DNA of 64,000 nucleotides, from positions 37,386,001-37,450,000 of the forward strand of contig OZ024747.1 of assembly GCA_964016885.1 (NCBI GenBank), in the 5' to 3' direction. Below, piece after piece: positions 53,678 through 64,000 of the stretch; position 1 is the first letter of the stretch; every line of letters begins with the position of its first letter. Position numbers and translations under genes: made by a program. Below the pieces are notes generated by a model. That model was not told the origin of the DNA, searched no databases, and was given only the letters and a program-made list of their open reading frames with translations. The DNA comes from Eledone cirrhosa (Eukaryota).

Positions 53678-54083
53678 TACAATGTAAAATCTTTCCCTCT
53701 AATGCCATTACATTCAACCAATTCATTGTAGTACCATTAGGTGCCAGAGATATTACTCTTTCCCTATAGATATATAAATAAATGATAAAGAATAAAATAA
53801 GATAAAATAAAACAAAATTTTTAAAATAGAAGGATTGCTTAGATAAAAACCTTTTGGTTTGTTTTGTTTTCATTGTTTTTATGTAATTTTTGTTTCTGTT
53901 GTTTCCATATTTTTCATAAATGTGTTCAAAGCTGGCATAGGTTGGGAAGGATATTTTGAGGCAATGTTTTATGGTAGGACACCCTCCCCGATGCCAACCC
54001 TTTTAGTCACCTCTTAAAACATGCAAGGATACAGTGTATCCAATCCTAGTTTATAAAGCAGAATACACAACATTATATATATC

Positions 54084-54136
<53 letters not shown>

Positions 54137-54385
54137 GTGATAGGAATGGCATCCAGCCATAGAAAGCTTGACAAATAAGGGTTTAGAAGGACCCTCAGTG
54201 GTGTCAAAGACATAACAACCTTCCCTATGTAATAGGGAGAATGTGAGATCATACATAAGTGAGACGACAGGTCCCTAGCTTGTCTGAGAGATCAGTAGCT
54301 ACTGCTTCAGTACTAACTTGGTCTATGTAGACCTGTCCAGCCCTTGCTAGTAGAGAAAGAAGACATTAAAACAAAGATGATGATG

Positions 54386-54416
<31 letters not shown>

Positions 54417-54584
54417 GTATTAAGGATACTATTTATGTTTATGTATACACTAAAACCTTTTATAGTTATATATATTTTAAACCCTAAATAGTGAAAGACA
54501 GTAATTCATTACTATCTTATTACCAGCAAGATAAATAGCTCAATGTAACAACACCAGTTGTTTTACGGAGCAGTTATATAGAAA

Positions 54585-55340
54585 TTACATGAATCAAAGT
54601 TCAGTTTAAATCATTTATTTGCTTACAATTGTTTCTTCCAAACCGAGGTTTGGAGTCTTCGGAGCAATTATTTAGTGATTTTTTACATACTTGACCTCCT
54701 TTTCAACACAAGAGACATATAGAAACATATGTATATATTGACCCACAGTGGGTTGACAATTTACATACAAATTGCAATTTGCATACAAAGATTACAGTCA
54801 TATTAAAGGACAAAATTAAAGTTAAAATTAAAATTAAAATAAAATAAAACATTGGCAGTTTACGAAGATAAAGCAAGAGGAAAGTTTGGAGTAGCCAGTG
54901 AATGCAACAGTCTCACGTGAGGCATGCACGCGTGTCCTATTTATACAAGATTATAGTGCGGCAGATTGTTACATGAAAAACAAGCAGTCAAAGCAGGCAA
55001 TCAAGAGCATCATGGGGGCTGTACTGGTAAAGCATTTTTCACACACACCTGTACGATATAGAAGCCCGTGTGTAGAGAAACACCAAAAATATCAAAAATA
55101 TTACAAATGAGAAGCAAAACAGCACCACTGTCCTCGCACACACCATCACTCTCACAATCCAGGGAACGCAATTTATAGACTACATGTCGATCACACAATC
55201 CACGATGATTCAACATTGGGTGCCTGGTGAACCATGTTATAAATCACAGCTTGTCGTTCTCTATTCGATTCTCTAGAGCAGGTTGTTTTTGTTGTGAGAG
55301 TTGACATCGTATTATATTCTGGAAGTGTGTGTGATTAAGG
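54585..55340 (-). mobile_element. PLE remnant (degenerate start of GIY-YIG domain plus pLTR with hammerhead)
   Basis: GLCDRHVVYKLRSLDC resembles the C..VVY.L.C..C start of PLE endonucleases; hammerhead at 54619-54667. Confidence 0.6.
54619..54667 (-). ncRNA. Variant minimal type I hammerhead (CCGAAGA core)
   Basis: Minus strand: TTGCT CCGAAGA CTCCAAACC TC GGTTTGGAA GAAA CAATTG TA AGCAA; stem I 5 bp, stem II 8 bp, palindromic ACAATTGT, GUA site. Confidence 0.75.
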
Positions 55341-55456
55341 GGAGTTAATGCGTAAGGGGAGGTAACTAGCTGATTTCTATAGTTAAATTTATTATCCTAA
55401 AGTACATTAATGGTGTTTCAAATGAGTCCCTATCATATAAGGTTATAAACAATTTC

Positions 55457-55614
55457 TAAATATAAGTATCTTATCTATAAATTACAGTGTAGTCTATCAA
55501 GAAGTACTAAAGGTGTTCATATATATATATAGTAAATATAAGTATCTTATCTATAAATTACAGTGTAGTCTATCAAGAAGTACTAAAGGTGTTCATATAT
55601 ATATATATATAGTA
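55457..55614. repeat. ~76-bp tandem duplication ending in (TA)n
   Basis: TAAATATAAGTATCTTATCTATAAATTACAGTGTAGTC...CATATATAT..AG x2. Confidence 0.88.
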
Positions 55615-56986
55615 ACCACTGGCTTGTTATGAGTGAGGTCCAGGTGAGCTTAAGAAAGAGTAAGGCTCAGCTCTGGGGAGTAATCTATGACTGGGGAGCT
55701 TTCAAGGAGGGACTGCAGAGAGTGACGAGGAGGTATCGGTGCTTCACCAATGCAGTAACAGAAGCAAGTGAAGCTCTGGTGGCGAGGAGAGAGTGGAAGA
55801 GGTAGAAAGTCAGCTCTTCAGGGACAACCAGAACAGCCACCAGTCACATCCTGGTGCTGAGGAGGATATTAGAGGGAGCTAGAGCAAAGAGCCTTCCTGT
55901 TGTCATGATTTTCCTTGACTTTAGAAAGGCCTTTGATTCTGTGGACTGTCACTGCCTGATGAAGATCTTACAGGCTTATGGAATCTCCAAGAAGATAGTG
56001 GACCTGATACCACCAACACCAAAGCTCAAGTCATATCACATGACGGAATGACAGAGTTCTTTGAGATTCTGGCTGGAGTGCTCCAGGGAGATACATCGGC
56101 TCCCTACCTTTTATAATAGCAGTGGACTATTGTATGTGCCTTGCACTGGAGAAACATTAGGACTCTGGCTTTACTGTAGTACTAGCTCAGAGAACGAGAG
56201 TTAAGGCTAAAAAGATATCAGATGCTGAATTTGCTGACAACATAGTTCTGGTGACAAACATAGTGAAGGAGGCAGAAGAGTTGATGCAGGAGGTGGAGAC
56301 TGTGTCGATGAGTGTGAGGCTGAGAATGAATGAGATTAAGATGAAGTATCTGGTAGAGAACATTAAGAAGCCAGAGAAGATTATGAATGTAGGCAGGAAG
56401 CCGCTAGAATTGGTTGAGGACTGCCTATATATGGGAGCTAAGATTGGGAACACAGAAGATGATGTGGTTGAGAGGGAGACCAGAGCCTGGGCGGCGTGCC
56501 ACAGTTTGAGATTGGTGTGGAAGTCCGACCTTCGTAAAGACCTGAAGATCCGCCTCTTCGTTGCTATAGTGGAGTCTGTGATGCTGTACAGGTCTGAGAC
56601 TTGGACACTAACCAAGAAACTCACTCAGATGGTGGATGGGTGCTACATGAGAATGCTGAGGATGACTCTGAACATTAATCAGTATACACTGAGGATGAAG
56701 AACTCAGAGCTGTATGGGAACCATCCAAAAGTCAGCTCAAAAGTAACACAAAGAGACTGAGGTTAGCTAGACATGCTCACCAATATCCAGCGTTGACACT
56801 GCACTCAGTACTCCTGTAGGAGTGCCTACACGGACACATTAGAAGAGGGAGACCGAGGTTGACATATATTGATGCTCTAAGGACAGACACTGGTCTCTGG
56901 GAGATGCAGGACATGGCAGCAATGATGAAGGGCAGAGACCGCTGGAGAAAACTCGTCCATGGATCTGGGGATTTTACCCGCCCCAG
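55615..56986 (+). mobile_element. Degenerate RTE-like LINE of a third family (RT region to 3' end)
   Basis: ILVLRRILEG...FLDFRKAFDSV, GVLQGD, EFADNI, VESVMLYRSETWTL, GRPRLTYID; ends at (TA)n. Confidence 0.85.
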
Positions 56987-57319
56987 ATATATATATATAT
57001 ATATATATTTTCTCTTCCCCAATTTCAAAAGGTCCTGTTTACATTATTATTGTTGTTATCATCATTCGCTTGTTTCCACAACGTATATACTTCGACCTTG
57101 TTTTCGAAATAGGACATTGTCTCTCTCTCTATGAAAGTCATCCCTAAACTCCGCCATTACCTCCCTTTTCTCTCATTCATTCATTTCGATGTTTATGAAA
57201 GCTAGGTGACCATCTTCGAAATCCTCGCATATTCTTGTCTAATATGCCCACTTATACCAGCTTATTTCCCCAAAATCTCCTGTGATGATATACACCATGA
57301 TGGCTACCTATCTCACAAT

Positions 57320-60300
57320 TTCAGTCCCACCCACCCTCACTCACCACCATAGGCTATTCGACCAATCAAATCTCAGCAACATGTCCCCACCCATTACCGG
57401 CTCCAACAAACTCTGCCATTACTACTACTGTCCTTCGAGCCCTGCACCAAAGAATTCTTTTACCGTTATCTATGGATTAGCTTGGGATAAATGGAACAAC
57501 ACCGAATTAATAAATGAATATAAATCTGCGAGTTACCAAGTGTCCATGCGAAGCTATAATTCAGAGACAGGAAGCATACACACTCCCCAGCAAAAATTAA
57601 CCCTTTCCCACGAGTGATAGCAAATGCCCAAAACTCCGAGTTGGCACCATCAACATAAGCACAATGAAAAGAAAACCAGGAGAAATCGTAGAGATGCTAG
57701 AGCAAAAGGAAATCAATGTATGCTGCGTGCTAGAAACTAGGTGGAGAGGAGAGTCCGCTAGAGTGCTTGTAGGTAAAAATCAGTGCTCTAAATTTTTCTG
57801 TGTAGGAAATGACAATGGGATGGGTGGTGTAGGTATAACATTAGCTGACAAATGGGTAGATAAGGTGAACAGGGTGAACGCAAGAATCATTAAACTCAGA
57901 CTAGTCCTGAATAAAACAATTGCCACAATCATATTAGCTTATGCACCCCAATCGGGAGTGCCAAGTGAACTTAAGGATAGGTTTTACGAGTCCTTAATGC
58001 ACACTATTGCCCAAACAAACAACAGTGACTTCCTAATCCTTGCAGGGGACTTTAACGGACACGTTGAGAAACACTGTGACAGCTGCTATAGGGTCCATGG
58101 AGGCTACGGGTTTGGCACAAGAAATGAAGAAGGCTTCAAGCTTCTAGAATTCTGTGACACCAATGACAAAATACCCAACAACCATCTGATCACCTATAGA
58201 TCAGGGGTGCATTCTAGTCAGATAGATTTTATCCTCATCAGAGGACCAGATAGATGGATGGTTGTAAACACAAAAGCCTTCCCTGGTGAGGCATGAAACT
58301 CCCAACATAACTTAGTTGTCAGCGACCTCATCGTCAGAACTAGATGAACCTGGAAACAGAAGCCAACGTGGAGAAGAAAGATCTGGAAGCTGAAAGACCA
58401 CTCAGCCAGTAACAGATTTAAAGGTATCTTACTCGATGCCTATGACAATAAAGAAGAACAGATAGAGACATTCAATGTAGAAGAGCACTGGGAGTTCCTA
58501 AAAAATAATTTACAAAAGGCGACGGACAAGATTTGTGGTTGGAGCAAGATCACAGAGAGGAGGAGAGTGACTTGGTGGTGGAACAATAAGCTAGATGAGG
58601 CTATTAAGACTAAGAGACAGGCATGGAAAGAATGGAAGACTGGGGGAAGCAGGGTACATTAGATAGAGACCAGGAGGGAAGCTAGGCGACAAGTATACTT
58701 AGCTAGGAGGGAAGCGAAGGATAGAAAATTCAGACATGTTTTGCAGTGTGAGAACCAGAAACAGGAGGTGTTCAGGATTGTGAGGCAGTGTGTTAGAGAA
58801 AATTGTGATGTGATTGGAGAGAAATGTGTCCGGAATGATAAGGGTGAGCTTGCCCTCACAAATGCTGAGAAAAAAGTTGCATAGAGGAGCCATTATGAAA
58901 GATTACTAAATGAGGAGAATGCATGGGAGAAAGAGAGACTATCCCAAGTGGACCCAATAGTGGGGCCAGCAATACAAGTCAGCAGCAGCGTAATGAGTAA
59001 GGCAATTAAAGATATGAAGAATGGGAAGGTAACCGGTCCATCGGGTATAGCTGCCAAGATGCTGAAAGCATCTAGGTCGATAGGTCACACCATAACCACA
59101 CGTATTGTTAACCAGGTAATACTAGAGGGTGTCATACCAAAGGATTGGTGCAACAGCATCATTGTCAACTGCCTCAAGGGTAAAGGTGATGCACTCGATA
59201 GAGGAAACTATAGAGGTATAAAGCTGATGGACCAAGTCATGAAAGTAACAGAAAGAGTTATAGTACAGTTGATTAGGGACCGGGTAAAACTAGATGATAT
59301 GCAATTTGCATTTGTGCCAGGAAAAGGCACCACTGATGCCCTCTTCCTTGTGAGGCAGTTACAGGAAGAGTACCTAGCTAAAAGTAAGCCGCTCTACCTG
59401 GTATTCGTCCATCTGGAGAAAGCCTTTCACAGAGTTTCCCGTGCTATAATTTGGTGGGCTCTTAGAAAACTAAGAGTAGATGAATGGCTTGTGAAGGCTG
59501 TACAAGCCATGTATAGAGGAGCAGTCAGCAAAGTTAGGGTTAACAATGACTGTAGCGAGGAATTTAGCATACAGGTCGGTGTCCACTAGGGCTCTGTTCT
59601 TAGCCCTCTCCTGTTCATTATAGTATTGCAGGCTATAACAGAGGAGTTTAAGACCGGATACTCATGGGAACTCCTGTATGCGAATGATCTCACACTTGTA
59701 GCTGAATCTATGGTGAAGCTAGAGAAGAAATTCCAAACATGGAAGCTGGGACTAGAAAGAAAGGGTCTCAAAGTCAACCTGACAAAGACTAAGGTCCTTG
59801 TAAGTAGACGAGAAAACAGAACCCAGATCCCTTCAGGGAAATGGCTTTGTTCAGTATGTAGGAAAGGTGTAGGTCGGAATTCTATCCTATGCCCCAAATG
59901 CAAACAATGGGTAAACAAGAGATGTAGTGGGATCTCAGGAAGCTTAGTTACGAATGTAGGCTTTACATGTAGCAGCTGCACCGGGACAGCAAGCAACAAA
60001 TGGCCACAGGAAACAAGTACCACCAAACTCTAGGAGGGCTCTGTAGAAACAGTAGGCAGCTTTTGCTACCTAGGTGACCGAATTAGCAGCAGAGGTGGGT
60101 GTTCGGAATGTACAGTAACCAGGGTAAGAACGGGATGGAAGAAGTTCAGGGAGCTATTACCACTGCTAGCTGCAAAAGGCTTTTCCCTCAAAATGAAAGA
60201 CAGGATGTATGATGCGTGTATACGAACAGCAATGTTACATGGTAGTGAAACCTGGGTGCTGTGTTTAGAAGACTTGCATAGATTAAAAAGAAACGAAGCT

Positions 60301-60587
60301 TACATGCCCCGATGGATGTGTAATAGTAATATAGGCGAACGGCAAAGCATAAACGAATTGAGACTATAGACAATATGGCCCCACCCCCTCCCACTGCAAA
60401 GCGGTCATGGAGGTGCCACAACAAAAAAGCATCCAGCCCACACTGTAAAGTGGTCATGTAGGCACCACGGAAAAAAGCACCCATCCCACACTGTAAATGA
60501 GGTTGGTGTTAGGAAGGGCATCCAGCTGAAGAAATCAAGCCAAAATCAGTTCCCGAATGGACATAAAACGGTGATGATGATGATGAT
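57320..60587 (+). mobile_element. Near-full-length RTE LINE (5' UTR, APE, RT, PHD-like finger; deletion near the 3' end; (GAT)n tail)
   Basis: VCCVLETRW, AYAPQ, GDFNGHV, QIDFIL, NYRGIKL, YANDL, WLCSVCRKG; scattered stop codons; tail at ~60573-60587. Confidence 0.93.
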
Positions 60588-60666
60588 ATATACGTTGAAG
60601 TGGTGGTTCACCCTGGATAGAACTGGTTATTCCGTACAGTTAACCATGATGATATATATACTTACT

Positions 60667-60708
<42 letters not shown>

Positions 60709-60724
60709 GGAGGAGGAGGAGGAG
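60667..60724. repeat. (GAT)n(GAG)n microsatellite
   Basis: Directly visible. Confidence 0.9.
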
Positions 60725-60856
60725 AAAAATAGCAATGCTCATTTAGTTAAAAGGAATGTTTCTAGCAAATTTCTTAAATACAAACCAAAATTTACATCAG
60801 AAAGCTGAAAATCAGAATGTAAATGTATGTGTGTGTGTATATCTAAGTATATACAT

Positions 60857-60899
<43 letters not shown>

Positions 60900-61103
60900 A
60901 ATATAATAACATTTTCTTTTTTACACACCAATCCTTCTCATTTAAGTCTAAGAAAGATGATTTCTTTTTTCAACTTTGAATATTTTCATATTGTAGGAAA
61001 AATATTCATACACATACACACATAAATATATATATACATATGTAAACATATATATATGTGTGTGTGTGTATGCGTGTATATATATGTATATACATATACA
61101 AAC

Positions 61104-61136
<33 letters not shown>

Positions 61137-61244
61137 TATATATATATATAACAAAGACACATAGGAAAACAATATAATACAAGAAGAGGCAGTATAAATG
61201 TATATGAAAGGAGGGGATAGACATGGATGCTGTTGGCTTGGTAC

Positions 61245-61425
61245 TGTTGTTGAAAGTAGTGTTTGTGTTGGTGGTGGTAATAGTGTTGGTGGTGGTTTTA
61301 GAGATGGTGTTGCCAGTGATAGTGTTGGTGGTGATGGTGATGGTGATAGTGTTGGTGATGGTAGTGGTGGTGATAATGTTGATGATGACGGTGGGTGAGG
61401 TGGCGGCGGTGGTGGTGGTGGTGAT
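61245..61425. repeat. GGT/GTT/GAT low-complexity trinucleotide region
   Basis: Directly visible. Confidence 0.85.
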
Positions 61426-62542
61426 AGAATAGTCCCATACTGATTCAACTCCACCACCATTTAACATCTATTTTCCATGCTAGCATGGATTAGACAATTT
61501 GTCCCATTCTGAGCTAAGCCAGATCAGATGACCGTGTTTTGCTCATACTGGACTGAGTTATATATTTTATAATTTTAAAAATGGCATGAACATCACATAA
61601 TCTCTTTCCTCTTCATTATAAATTTGGCCAAAATGTTTTTAAATTTTTACAGCTACACTTAGTTTTAACTGGTTTGATGACTCATTGTACATAGAACAGA
61701 ACTTGATTCAAACTAAGGACCTATATTTCTAAACCAAGTGTAATAACACTCTTATTCACAAGGTCATGTGGATATGATTATAATCTTATTAACAACAACA
61801 CATCTCAGATATTTAGACATTATATAATCATTATATTTTATTATACTAATTTTGTTAGCTGAAATTTATGTGCCTAGCTAGGAGGATTTTTATTAATCGA
61901 GTTATATATCATATTTTTAAGTTTAAACCCTACCAGGCTTGATAGAATAAGTATCACTAATATATTAATTTTAATTAAATAAACTATAGTTCGTCTTCTA
62001 ATATGCCTAATGAAGGAATCCTTATACTGATTGAGTTCCTAATTGAATTATAGTATATTTCACATTAATCTTCATAAAATTAATTATATTTCTACATTAA
62101 ATTAATCTATAGTTTATATTTGTAATTCATGTAGCATCTTTTTTCTTTATTATTAAATTATGAATTCAAAATGTGAAATTGTTGAAAAACAAAACATCAA
62201 ATAATTAGAAAAGTAATGTCTTCTGCATTACATTGTGACGGATTTATGAATATTCCTGATATAATCAGGTCACATATACACAGTACTTATTTCATAAAAT
62301 CACTGAGAGATTTGAAACATTAGCTTCTAAACATTGTATGCCTTAAGTAACCAGTCCACTAGCAGGAGTTTGAGCTTTAGATTTCTCTTTGATAATGAAT
62401 AATAGCACTGAAATCCTGACTCAGAAACACTATATCTAAGTTCAAACTATTGTAAAGTTTACTTATATAGGTTTTAGATACAAATTGGCCAAGTGGATAT
62501 AGTATTACACTTCTGCACAGGGATTTTGTTGAGTACTATAGT

Positions 62543-62885
62543 GAAGGCACATGGGTAAGTAGTTAGAGCATCGGGCTTGCAATCGGGAGACTGTGAATTT
62601 GATTCTCGGACCAGATGATGTGTTGTGTCCTTGAACAAGACACTTTATTTCACATTGCTCCAATTCCCTCAGTTGTAGAAATGAGTTGCAATGTCACTGG
62701 TGCCAAGCTGTATCAGTCATTGCTTTTCCTTTGGACAACTTCGGTGGCATGGAGAGGGGAGATTGGTATGCATAGGCTACTGCTGGTCTTCCATAAACAC
62801 CTATGCCCAGACTTGTGTCTCAGGGGATAACTTTCTAGGTACAAATCCAATGGTTGTTCATGACTGAAGAGAGTTTTACTTTACT
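62543..62885 (+). mobile_element. tRNA-derived SINE (second family)
   Basis: tRNA-like head (TAGTTAGAGCA...TTTGATTCTCGG), GTGTCCTTGAACAAGACACTTTAT central motif, (TTTAC)n tail. Confidence 0.7.
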
Positions 62886-63303
62886 TTTTATAAGGAGAAT
62901 AGGTAGCAAATTTGCAGAGTTTTTAGAACTTTTTAGAACTTTTGCAGAGTTTTTAGAACAGAGTTTATAGAATGCTTTACGGAACTCTTACTGGCTTATA
63001 TAAGTCTCACTATGAATGGATTAAGCTGTGATCATGTCACAGCTATCTCAGTAACCCCGGGTGAGAACAACAGACATGTGTTTGTGGATTTTTATGTCGT
63101 CAGTGACATTTACTCATTCAATACAAGGACAAGAATAAGCTATAGCTTATATACTTTTTGGATATAAAACATCTGCTGAATTAATTAGCAGTGGCACTAA
63201 CACAATGTGGTTCATAATAGGTGTATATGTAGGCATATATAATGCATTCTTAAGTCTTACTGCAAATGTGTTATGCTGTGATCATGCCACAGCTATCTCA
63301 GTG

Positions 63304-64000
63304 GGTGACTGCACATCACCTGTGAACTATCGTCCAGTCAGTCTTACTAGTTGCATCGCCAAACTGATGGAATCCTGTGTCAGAGAAACACTTTGGAACT
63401 TCTGGAGCTCTCACAATCTTATCCGGCCCTCGCAATTTGGATTTATCCCCAACTCCAGCTGCTGTGATCAACTTATAGAGTTTCTTGAGGACATCACCCG
63501 GATCACTGATGGCGGCTCATGGGTGGATGTTGTTTACCTTGACTTTGCGAAGGCCTTCAATTCTGTGCCACACAAAAGGCTTATGGCAAAACTCTCTGCA
63601 ATGGGTGTGAAGGATGATCTTTTTAACTGGTTGAAGTCCTTCATTCTCAGTCGAAGAGAGGTAGTCACGGTTCTGGGACAGCATTCCTCACCATATGAGA
63701 TGTCATCTGGTGTACCTCAGGGATCTGTTCTTGGCCCCCTTTTGTTTGTGGCATATATTAATGACATAGATGCCAACTTAAGGAATGCCACAGTACTAAA
63801 GTACGCAGACGACATCAAGCTGTACCTTGAGATAAAAAGGACAGATCCTGAACACTATAGATCTTGCTTGCAGTCTGACCTGGACACAATACAACAGTGG
63901 ATCTCAGACTGGCAACTCAAGCTAGCTGTGGACAAGTGCACCACCATGCATTTTGGGAGTAAAAACCCAGCGTCCACATACTCCCTCCACAGCACTAATA
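63304..64000 (+). mobile_element. CR1-clade LINE reverse transcriptase, open frame running off the window end
   Basis: NYRPVSLTSCIAKLME, QFGF, VDVVYLDFAKAFNSVPH, SGVPQGSVLGPLLF..YINDI, KYADDIKL, LQSDLD..W...WQL. Confidence 0.9.

Overview
AT-rich, repeat-dense animal genomic DNA. The RTE LINEs with (GAT)n tails, tRNA-derived SINEs, (TA)n fields and Penelope-like elements suggest a coleoid cephalopod such as Octopus (inference). The only host gene I can support is SF3A3 (U2 snRNP SF3a subunit 3, Prp9 orthologue) on the minus strand. Its last two coding exons are at 26955-27010 and 5903-5980, separated by a 20,974-nt GT-AG intron; the next upstream exon was not found, so 27011-64000 is probably one intron of more than 37 kb. 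The introns hold many RTE copies, a Penelope-like (PLE) RT+GIY-YIG element (a second lies downstream of the gene), PLE terminal-repeat remnants, a hAT transposase 3' half, an internally deleted mariner, three non-autonomous Helitron-like copies, SINEs, a CR1-type RT and a very homogeneous 9.7-kb array of a 62-bp unit (157 GGATCC sites). The most notable unannotated signal is four minimal type I hammerhead-ribozyme motifs with (near-)palindromic loop 3. Three are intronic and in the sense orientation of the SF3A3 pre-mRNA, and two of those share a CCGAnGA core variant. A nested foldback palindrome lies at 14.2-14.6 kb. All calls are by eye, with no database searches or folding computations.
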